A DNA stretch of 64,000 nt, from NCBI GenBank assembly GCA_900759565.1, contig CAAEVV010000043.1, positions 18,851-82,850 of the forward strand, read 5' to 3'. This DNA is from an uncultured Collinsella sp. Its GTDB lineage: Bacteria > Actinomycetota > Coriobacteriia > Coriobacteriales > Coriobacteriaceae. A model generated the notes under the pieces. The model had not been told where the DNA came from. It saw only the letters and a program-made list of their open reading frames with translations, and made no database searches. The first letter of the stretch is position 1, and each line of letters begins with the position of its first letter. Positions 56,416-64,000 of the stretch are shown in pieces. The translations under genes were made by a program, and so were the position numbers.

Positions 56416-57129
56416 TTAATGCGTCAGTATCCAGTGGATGCCGCGCGCCATGCGCAGGTCAGTTTGGGCAAAATGATTGCCGGGGTTGAGCTCCAGCGTT
56501 GTTGGGATGTCGCGCTCGATAAACAGCTCTTCCATCGCGCGCGTATCGTCGAGTACGTGCCGCATCATGCGGTTGGGCGTCTTGGTTTCCCTTTTACCGA
56601 GCGACAGATAGGCGGCGTCGGGCGTAGCTGTCATCGTGCGCTCGCGCGCGTAGTCGATAAAGCCGGGGAACCACAACGACCCCGATGCACTCGCTGCGCG
56701 CTCAAAGACATCTGTTTGCCAAAGTGCCCACAGTGCAAAAAGACCCGCCAACGAGTAGCCGGCAACGCCGCGCCAGGCGGGCGGTTGCGGGAGCGATGAT
56801 TCGGCCTGGGGGATTATCTGCTTCAACAACTCGTCAAGAAAACCAGCAGCCTGTCCGCCAAAGGGCTCGGCATCTTGTATAGTTCCGTCGCATTCCCAGG
56901 GGCTCAGCTCGCGATTCCAATCGAGCCCTCCAATGGCGACAAGGGTGAACGGCGGGCAGTCGAGCTCTCGGCAGCGCTCGTAGACTTCACTACCGTCGCC
57001 CATAACCACGGGGAGGTAGATGACGGGCGCGCCTTCCACACACTCTGAATAAACGGTTATCTGCTTATGATGCGCTTCCAAGGCAGGCTTCTCTCGGTGT
57101 TGTGATATTGACAGCCTCAATTGTCGCAC
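56416..57129 (-). CDS. Alpha/beta-hydrolase (esterase family); start uncertain, possibly TTG at 57081
   Basis: GYSLAG nucleophile elbow, SGSLW, SLG..E, GNH. Confidence 0.8.
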   Translation of the reverse strand: MRQLRLSISQHREKPALEAHHKQITVYSECVEGAPVIYLPVVMGDGSEVYERCRELDCPPFTLVAIGGLDWNRELSPWECDGTIQDAEPFGGQAAGFLDELLKQIIPQAESSLPQPPAWRGVAGYSLAGLFALWALWQTDVFERAASASGSLWFPGFIDYARERTMTATPDAAYLSLGKRETKTPNRMMRHVLDDTRAMEELFIERDIPTTLELNPGNHFAQTDLRMARGIHWILTH

Positions 57130-57218
57130 GCTGGCACGGGGGCAGACGCTAAAAGAAAGGCGCGGAGCCGCTCGATGCGATTCCGCGCCTTGTTGTTTTG
57201 CTTTAGCAGACTATGCCG

Positions 57219-58529
57219 TTACGCCACGAAGAAGTAGACGAGGAAGGCAAGGGCTGCGATCCACATAAGCGGCTTGATCTTGGAGGCCTCGCCCTTAAAG
57301 AGCGCGACGATCACGTAGGCGATGAAGCCCAGGCCAATGCCGGCAGAGATGGAGTAGGTGAAGGGCACGCCGGCGACAATCATGAACGCCGGGAAACCCT
57401 GCGACACGTCGGACCAGTCGATCTCGGAGGCTTCGCTCATCATGAGGTAGCCGACGTAGACCAGAGCACCGCAGGTGGCGGCGCTGGAAACGATGGTGAC
57501 GATGGGGGAGAAGAACGCGGCGAGAATGAACAGCACGCCGGTGGTGACGGAGGTGAGGCCCGTGCGGCCACCGTCGGCAGCGCCAGAGGTGGACTCGACG
57601 AAGGTGGTGATGGAGGAGACGCCCATGAAACCGCCCACAGCAGCGGCGGCGGAGTCGACGATCAGGATCTCCTTGATATTCTCGACGTTGCCGTCGTCGG
57701 TGAGGAACTCGCCCTGCTTGGCCACGGCCATCGCGGTGCCCATGGTGTCGAAGAAGTCACTCATGAGCAGCGAGAACGAGATGACGAGGAGCGCGGGGTC
57801 GGTAAGGACCTTGACGATGGCGGGCACGCCGCCGGCGTCGGCGATGGGGCCACCAATGCTCGAGAAATCGAGCGGGGCGATGATACCGGTCGGAGCCTGG
57901 GTCACACCTAGGGGGATACCGGCGATGACGGCGACGACGATGCCGATGAGCAGCGAGCCGGGGACGTTACGGCAGGCGAGGGCGACCGTCACCAGGATGG
58001 AGATGATGCCGACGATGAAGGTGGGGGAGGTGATGTCGCCCAGACCGACGAGTGTACCGGCGCCAGCGGTGATAATGCCGGCATCGCACAGGCCAATCAT
58101 GGCGATGAACAGGCCCAGACCCACCGAGATGGCGTGACGCAGGACAACCGGGATGGCGTCCATGATGGCCTCACGCAGGCCACAAAGCACGAGCAGCAAG
58201 ATGACGACGCCCTCAAGGAAGATGACGCTCATGGCCACGTGCCAGTCACCGCCGCAGACGGTGGTGGTGATTCCAGCGATCATCGCGTTGACGCCTAAGC
58301 CCGATGCGCAGGCGAGCGGGCGGTTGGCGAAGATGCCCATGCAGATGGTCATGATGCCGGCGCCCAGGCAGGTGGCGCAGGCGAGCGCTCCCGCATCGAT
58401 GCCAGCACCCGAGAGCACCGCGGGGTTGACGGCGATGATGTAGGCCATCGCCAGGAATGTTGTCAGTCCAGCGCGGAGTTCGGTCCCGATTGTGGACTTG
58501 CGCTCGCTGACGTGAAATAGTTCGTCCAT
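57219..58529 (-). CDS. NCS2/AzgA-family nucleobase permease
   Basis: ELRAGLTTFLAMAYII.VNP, FFDTMGT, ES..G...GGRTGL, PFTYSI. Confidence 0.92.
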   Translation of the reverse strand: MDELFHVSERKSTIGTELRAGLTTFLAMAYIIAVNPAVLSGAGIDAGALACATCLGAGIMTICMGIFANRPLACASGLGVNAMIAGITTTVCGGDWHVAMSVIFLEGVVILLLVLCGLREAIMDAIPVVLRHAISVGLGLFIAMIGLCDAGIITAGAGTLVGLGDITSPTFIVGIISILVTVALACRNVPGSLLIGIVVAVIAGIPLGVTQAPTGIIAPLDFSSIGGPIADAGGVPAIVKVLTDPALLVISFSLLMSDFFDTMGTAMAVAKQGEFLTDDGNVENIKEILIVDSAAAAVGGFMGVSSITTFVESTSGAADGGRTGLTSVTTGVLFILAAFFSPIVTIVSSAATCGALVYVGYLMMSEASEIDWSDVSQGFPAFMIVAGVPFTYSISAGIGLGFIAYVIVALFKGEASKIKPLMWIAALAFLVYFFVA

Positions 58530-58722
58530 GCATACCCTTTCCTTGTTCGGCCCCGAGTTTAGGCCGATTGACACGAACTCACCCACTATATCGCCTTTGT
58601 GAAGTTGGTGTTCCTCACATGTTGATGTTCGGCGGTTTGTAACGGACGGGCGGTATCTTTCGCATGAAATTGTGTAGGTACCGTATACTTAAGCGGTTAC
58701 AACGACCCCTATGGAGGAACGT

Positions 58723-59142
58723 ATGATTAAAGAGCTCTGCCGCGACGAGGCTATCCTGTCTCAGCGTTGCGAGGTTGCGACTGTCGAGGACGAGTCGGTC
58801 GCTCAGGATCTGATTGATACCATCAAGTCGCTCGATGATGCCGGCTGCTTGGCCGCCAACCAGATTGGCGTTACCAAGAAGGTTTGCGTCTACCTGGACG
58901 ATGCCGGCGAGCCCCACGTACTCTACAACCCCCGTCTGGTGTTTGGCCTGGGTGCCAGCAAGATGGAGGAGAGCTGCCTGACGCACGAGGAGGTCACCAA
59001 GTCCACGCGCTATATCAAGTGCAAGGTTGCCTTTGACCAGATTGTCGACGGCAAGATGAAGGAGTGCCGCCGCGACTACGCGGGCTTTGAGGCACAGATG
59101 ATCCAGCATATGATCGATCACTGTCTTGGAAAGTTGGTCTAA
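58723..59142 (+). CDS. Peptide deformylase-like protein with degenerate active site
   Basis: CLAANQIG, NP, EESCL and QHMIDH align with PDF motifs GxAAxQ, EGCL and QHExDH. Confidence 0.75.
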   Translation: MIKELCRDEAILSQRCEVATVEDESVAQDLIDTIKSLDDAGCLAANQIGVTKKVCVYLDDAGEPHVLYNPRLVFGLGASKMEESCLTHEEVTKSTRYIKCKVAFDQIVDGKMKECRRDYAGFEAQMIQHMIDHCLGKLV

Positions 59143-59245
59143 GGGGACCAAAGCACCGCACCTTGCCGCTCAATCGTCGCTCGCGTACCTTAAGTACGCT
59201 TCGCTCCTCTTTCGTGGCAATCTGCGGCACTTTGACCCCTTAGAC
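59138..59245. repeat. Long imperfect inverted repeat (REPIN-like), overlapping a stop codon
   Basis: gtctaagggg..caaag..ccgca..ttgcc / gcgtac-cttaa-gtacgc / ggcaa..tgcgg..ctttg..ccccttagac. Confidence 0.65.
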
Positions 59246-59386
59246 GACCTGCGGGGTTAACTTGGTTGAGTTTATCCTGCTTGAATAGTCCGGGCGTGAC
59301 ATTGTTGTCATGTCCGGGCTTTTGTGTTTAGCGCCTTTTTGTTTGGAGACAATGAAATTAGCAAGAACGTAAAGCTAGGAGGCGCT

Positions 59387-60352
59387 ATGTGTACGAGTAT
59401 TCGATTTACCGATAATTCTGGCCACATGTATCTGGGCCGCAATCTCGACTGGAGCTTTGACTACGGCCAACAGGTTCGCGTGATGCCGCGCGGGTTCCAC
59501 ATTCCGTATTCGTTTATCGACGACGCGACAGCGGCACACGCGGTGATCGGTATGTGCATCGATTACAAGAACTATCCCATGTTTTTCGATTGCGGTAACG
59601 ATGCGGGTCTGGCTGTGGCGGGGCTCAACTTTCCCGGCTATGCCGAGTATGCCGAGGGCCCTGTCGACGGCAAGACCAATATCGCGGCCTATGAGTTCCC
59701 CCTGTGGGTGGCAGCGACGTTCTCGACGGTCGATGAGGTCGAGGCCGCGCTGCGCGACACGGTGATTGTCGCCAAATCTGCCGGAGAGGGGCTGGGCGTG
59801 TCGCTGCTCCATTGGATTATCGGCGACAGCCAGCGCAGCATCGTGGTCGAGATGATGGCTGACGGTCTGCATGTATACGACGATCCGGTCGACACCCTTG
59901 CCAACCAGCCGACCTTCCCGTGGCACATGGAAAACCTGCGCACCTATATCACCGCCACAAGCGATTTTCCGCAGACGGCGACATGGCGTGGCGCCGAGCT
60001 CAAGCCCTATGGAGCCGGTGCCGGCATGCGCGGCATTCCGGGCGATTGCTATTCGCCGAGCCGTTTTGTAAAGGCGGCGTACCTCAATGCCAATTACCCG
60101 CAAAAGGAGAGCGAGACCGAAAACGTCGTTCGCATGTTCCGCTCGCTCGAGGGCGTGGTGATGATCGAGGGAGCGTCCAGGATGGGCGATGGCAAGTTCG
60201 AGAAGACTATCTACACCGGATGCTTTAGCGCGCGCACGGGCAATTATTACTACGCGATGTATGGGGATCCGTCGATTCGCTACGTGAGCCTGATGGATGC
60301 CGAGGGCGCGAGCCCCGATAGGCTCGTGGTTCCCGAGCCGCGCCGTTCGTAG
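59387..60352 (+). CDS. bsh: Choloylglycine hydrolase / bile salt hydrolase (Ntn hydrolase)
   Basis: MCTSIRF (Cys2), GRNLDW (Arg18/Asp21), N.AGL...LNFP, LAN.P, PGD..SPSRF. Confidence 0.85.
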   Translation: MCTSIRFTDNSGHMYLGRNLDWSFDYGQQVRVMPRGFHIPYSFIDDATAAHAVIGMCIDYKNYPMFFDCGNDAGLAVAGLNFPGYAEYAEGPVDGKTNIAAYEFPLWVAATFSTVDEVEAALRDTVIVAKSAGEGLGVSLLHWIIGDSQRSIVVEMMADGLHVYDDPVDTLANQPTFPWHMENLRTYITATSDFPQTATWRGAELKPYGAGAGMRGIPGDCYSPSRFVKAAYLNANYPQKESETENVVRMFRSLEGVVMIEGASRMGDGKFEKTIYTGCFSARTGNYYYAMYGDPSIRYVSLMDAEGASPDRLVVPEPRRS

Positions 60353-60431
60353 CCGATAGCTTTACCGCAATGCAAAACGGCCCTGCATCTCCCGTGAGGT
60401 GCAGGGCCGCTTTCGTTGATTTGTGACGTCG

Positions 60432-62681
60432 CTAGAAGTTGGCGTCGTTGAGTTGTTCACTTTCGAGGCCGTCGAGCTGTTGCTGTTCGGGCGTATCGGC
60501 GACGCTCTCGAGCAACTCGGTGGGATCGACGTTCATGTCCTTACCGGCTTCGTTGCCGTTGACCAGGTCGTCCGAGAAGATGTCGACTTCCATTTCCTCG
60601 GCCTCTTCGATCAGGATCTCGAGCGGCACCTGGGTGCGTACGAGCTTGACTGCCGGACGCATGCGGGCAAAGAGCGGTACGTACTCAATGATGATGGCCG
60701 AGTTCTCAAGACCGTACCAACGTGCCGGGCTTCCGCAGGCGCGGCGGACAGCGTACTTGATGGCCATGACGCGATGGTCGTTGCGGTTGATGTCCGTTTC
60801 GGGGGCGAGCATCTTGCGCAGCATGCAAAAACGGAAGTCGCCCACGTTGCCGCGCGTCTCGTAGATGGAGTAGGTGTGATGCTGCGGTGGCAACTCACCC
60901 GATGCCATCAGATCGCCAACGATCTGGCGCAGGTAGGCGTTGATGCGCTGATTGACCTTAAAGCCCAGGTCCAAGCGCACGCGGAACAGGAAGTCTGTGC
61001 CAAAGGTCTCAACGGAATACTCGTGCGTATAGGGCTCGTCGGTAACGTGCACGTTGATGAACCAATAAGCCTTAGCGCGCTTGGGATGTTTGTCCAGGAT
61101 GGAATAGAGCACGTCGCGGTCGAGCGTGAGCGGGTCGGGGCTGTTGGTGAGGAACACCAGATTGTCGGCGAGTACGGGGTAGGTCTCGTCGTTGCGCAGG
61201 CGGTTGAGCTGGTCAATGTACTTGGAGACGGGCAGCAGAATCGTCTGCGTGCGCTCGATGGCGGTACCGCGACGCCACACATACATAAGGCCGAACAGCA
61301 GTGCGGCCAGGAAGATCATGACGTAGCCGCCGTCAAAGAACATGGTGAGGCACGAGGCGAAGAAGCACAGCTCAATGGCACCAAAGAGCAGGGCGAAGAC
61401 GCAGGCACCCAGCTTGTGCTTGAGGATGCCGGCGATGTAGCTCGTCAAAAGCGTCGTGGTCATGAGCATGGTCACGGTAATGGCGAGGCCATAGGCGCTC
61501 TCCATGCGCTCGGAGTTTTGGAACAACAGCACGATGAAGATGCAGCCGACCCACATGATGTTGTTGACGAGCGGAATATAGAGCTGGCCCTTGGTGTCGC
61601 TGGGGTAGTGGATGCGCAGGTGCGGCATAAGGTTGAGGCGCGTTGCCTCGGATACCAGCGAGAACGAGCCGGTGATGAGCGCCTGCGAGGCGATGATGGC
61701 CGCCACGGCCGAAAGCACGATGGCAAAGGGGCGCAGGGGCTCGGGAAGCATCATATAGAACGGGTTGACGATATCCATCGCGAGCATCTGGGGATTGGAG
61801 TTGTTGGCGAGCAGCCAGGCGCCCTGACCCAGATAGTTAAGGATGAGGGCCGCCTTTACGAACGGCCAGGATGCGTAAATGTTTGCCTTTCCCACGTGAC
61901 CCATGTCCGAATAGAGCGCCTCGGCGCCGGTCGTCGACAGGAAGACGAAGCCGAGCACCATGATGCCCGAGTGGTTGATGGGCGAGAACAGGAACATGAT
62001 GCCGCGGATGGGGTTGAGCGCGCGCAAGATGGACAGGTTGCCGAGCATGTTGAACAGGCCGGCGCCTGACAGGAACAGGAACCACAGTGTCATGAGCGGG
62101 CCGAACAGCTTGCCGATCGACGAGGTACCGGCGCGCTGCATGGCAAATAGGCCGCAGATAATGATGATGGTAATAATGATCACATTGGTCTGGCCGTCGC
62201 CCAGCAGCGCATGGCCCCATTCGATGGTGCGCAAGCCCTCGATGGCTGTGGTGACCGTGACCGCGGGGGTGAGGATGCCGTCGGCGAGCAGCGCCGCGCC
62301 GCCGATCATGGCGGGGAGAATCAGCCATGGCGCCACCTTGCGCACGAGACTGAACAGGGCGAAGATGCCGCCCTCGTTATGGTTGTCGGCCTTCATGGCG
62401 ATTACAACGTACTTGACCGTGGTCACGAGTGTCATGGTCCAGATGACGAGCGAGAGCGCGCCCAAGATCATGTCCTCGCTGACGGTGCCGATGCCGCCGT
62501 TGTTGGCGACGATTGATTTCATGGTGTACATGGGGCTCGTGCCGATGTCACCGTAGACGACGCCGAGCGTAACGAGCAGCATGCCAGCGGAGAGGGGAAT
62601 GGCTCCATGCCCGCCTTGACTACGCTGGTCTTGGAGGCCTGCCTCCAGCTTGTTGTGTGCCACGTGGACTCCCTTGGACAT
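60432..62681 (-). CDS. kup: KUP/HAK/KT potassium transporter (alternative GTG start at 62663)
   Basis: LGVVYGDIGTSPMY, ADNHNEGG, TPAVTV, TGAEALYSDMGH, GQLYIP. Confidence 0.93.
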   Translation of the reverse strand: MSKGVHVAHNKLEAGLQDQRSQGGHGAIPLSAGMLLVTLGVVYGDIGTSPMYTMKSIVANNGGIGTVSEDMILGALSLVIWTMTLVTTVKYVVIAMKADNHNEGGIFALFSLVRKVAPWLILPAMIGGAALLADGILTPAVTVTTAIEGLRTIEWGHALLGDGQTNVIIITIIIICGLFAMQRAGTSSIGKLFGPLMTLWFLFLSGAGLFNMLGNLSILRALNPIRGIMFLFSPINHSGIMVLGFVFLSTTGAEALYSDMGHVGKANIYASWPFVKAALILNYLGQGAWLLANNSNPQMLAMDIVNPFYMMLPEPLRPFAIVLSAVAAIIASQALITGSFSLVSEATRLNLMPHLRIHYPSDTKGQLYIPLVNNIMWVGCIFIVLLFQNSERMESAYGLAITVTMLMTTTLLTSYIAGILKHKLGACVFALLFGAIELCFFASCLTMFFDGGYVMIFLAALLFGLMYVWRRGTAIERTQTILLPVSKYIDQLNRLRNDETYPVLADNLVFLTNSPDPLTLDRDVLYSILDKHPKRAKAYWFINVHVTDEPYTHEYSVETFGTDFLFRVRLDLGFKVNQRINAYLRQIVGDLMASGELPPQHHTYSIYETRGNVGDFRFCMLRKMLAPETDINRNDHRVMAIKYAVRRACGSPARWYGLENSAIIIEYVPLFARMRPAVKLVRTQVPLEILIEEAEEMEVDIFSDDLVNGNEAGKDMNVDPTELLESVADTPEQQQLDGLESEQLNDANF

Positions 62682-62820
62682 CTGGCCTCTGCCACGAGCA
62701 GTAGACCTTTATGCCATCTTTATACATATAAGAGCAGTTTGGCACATCGGGGTGTTTTAGACAATAATCCCCATCTGGGGATTATTCATATACGCAGGTA
62801 TCATTTCAAAGCAGAGGCTA

Positions 62821-63732
62821 TTAAGCACGTGCTGGCTGGGCGATGCCGGCCTTGGCGTTTGTGCGTTTGCCGGCGAGTTCGCAAAAAATTGCGCCGCCGA
62901 TGATAAGTGCGGCCCCCATCAGGCGGACTGGTGTTATGGCTTCGCCTAAAAGGACGGCGGAGAACACGACGGCCGAAAGCGGCTCGAGGTAGCCGACAAC
63001 CGCGACGGTCTGGACGGGCAGCTTGGCGACGGCACTAAAGTAGAGCAGGCAACCGAGTCCGGTGTTGACAATGCCGAGCATGGCAACGGCGCGCCAATCG
63101 ATGCCGGCGGCAATGCTGGGGGAGAGGAACGAGGGGACACCTTGCGTGAAGAGCGTAAGGATCAACGCGGTTACAAAGGCGGCACTCACCTGGAGCGTGG
63201 AGTTCTCGAGACCTTTGATATGTGGCGCTCCCTTGCTGGCAATGACCATCAATGCGTAGCAGAAGGCCGAGGCGATGCCGCACACGATGCCCGCGATGGG
63301 CATATTGCCGCCGAGGCCTTGGGCCGCGATGAGGAAGGCGCCGCAGGCGACGGCTATGAAGCCGGTTATTTTACCGCCGGTCAGCTTTTCGCCAAAGATG
63401 AGCGGGGAGAGCGCCATGACAATGATGGGGCCGCAGTAGTACAGCAGCGAGGATACGCCGACGCCGATCGTCTGGTAGGCGCGGAACAGAAAAATCCAGC
63501 TGGCGCCCAGCGCGGCTCCCGAGAGGAGAAGGGCTGCGGCTTCGCGGGGGCGAGATGGCGCCTGCAACTTATGGCGTTGGGTGATGGCGAGGACGGTGAC
63601 AAGCGAGAGTGCGCCCAAAAACGTGCGCAGGAGCACGATATCGGAGCTCGGCAGCGCGATGGCAGCGGCGATGATGCCGTTTGAGCCAAACAATAGCAAT
63701 GCTGCTAAGTACGTAAACAGTCCGTTGTTCAT
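62821..63732 (-). CDS. DMT/EamA family transporter
   Basis: About 10 TMs, YYCGP, GIVNTG, YLEPLSA; divergent from a LysR gene. Confidence 0.87.
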   Translation of the reverse strand: MNNGLFTYLAALLLFGSNGIIAAAIALPSSDIVLLRTFLGALSLVTVLAITQRHKLQAPSRPREAAALLLSGAALGASWIFLFRAYQTIGVGVSSLLYYCGPIIVMALSPLIFGEKLTGGKITGFIAVACGAFLIAAQGLGGNMPIAGIVCGIASAFCYALMVIASKGAPHIKGLENSTLQVSAAFVTALILTLFTQGVPSFLSPSIAAGIDWRAVAMLGIVNTGLGCLLYFSAVAKLPVQTVAVVGYLEPLSAVVFSAVLLGEAITPVRLMGAALIIGGAIFCELAGKRTNAKAGIAQPARA

Positions 63733-63850
63733 GCGCTGACATCCCCTCTATATCCGAACATGTTCACAATGGGTGAACTGGCTTTAGAAGAAAAGCGAAT
63801 ATAATGCATGGAAAACATGACAAAAACTCATGTAAGGGTGGGGACGTGCC

Positions 63851-64000
63851 GTGGAGACCAATATCCAAAAGATGCAAGTGCTGCTTGAGACGGTGCGTGC
63901 CGGCAGCTTTACGCGTGCTGCAGAGCGGCTGAGCTATTCGCAGTCGGGCGTGAGCCGCATGGTGGGCGACCTTGAGGCAGACTGGGGTTTTAAGGTGCTT
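63851..64000 (+). CDS. LysR family regulator, 3'-truncated by window edge
   Basis: Manual translation METNIQKMQVLLETVRAGSFTRAAERLSYSQSGVSRMVGDLEADWG. Confidence 0.85.
   Translation, partial: METNIQKMQVLLETVRAGSFTRAAERLSYSQSGVSRMVGDLEADWGFKVL

Noticed and set aside
58530..58710. Purine riboswitch upstream of the NCS2 permease
   Set aside because: Core motifs (TTCTACC, CCGTAAA) were not found on the minus strand.
62682..62820. c-di-AMP (ydaO) riboswitch upstream of kup
   Set aside because: No recognisable ydaO consensus; only a simple inverted repeat.

Overview
GC-rich (roughly 60% by eye) bacterial chromosomal segment. Gene content and protein style suggest a gut Coriobacteriia member such as Collinsella (inference). 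It is mostly housekeeping and accessory genes: transporters (MacB-like ABC, ClC, EamA x3, MATE, KUP, NCS2, VUT/YhhQ, YtrA-type ABC), translation and RNA-modification genes (dus, trmO, prfC, rlmA-like, rsmJ-like, trmL, EF-G/TetM-like GTPase), ung, a class II UvrA, two hybrid histidine kinases (one broken by an in-frame TGA), two tandem GGDEF(/EAL) paralogues, a TPP-riboswitch thiM-thiamine-binding-thiE operon, a LysR with a MetE-like gene, and a bile salt hydrolase. I saw no rRNA, tRNA, CRISPR array, transposase or prophage. Three things stand out. (1) A preQ1-like riboswitch precedes a queuosine-precursor transporter that is coupled to an SDR oxidoreductase, a candidate undescribed queuosine-salvage enzyme. 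(2) Two paralogous AAA-ATPase/winged-helix genes bracket uvrA2, and each has its own 3 x 10-bp phased repeat upstream and a nearby palindromic element. (3) Several families of dispersed REP/MITE-like palindromes occur, one of which repeatedly overlaps stop codons.
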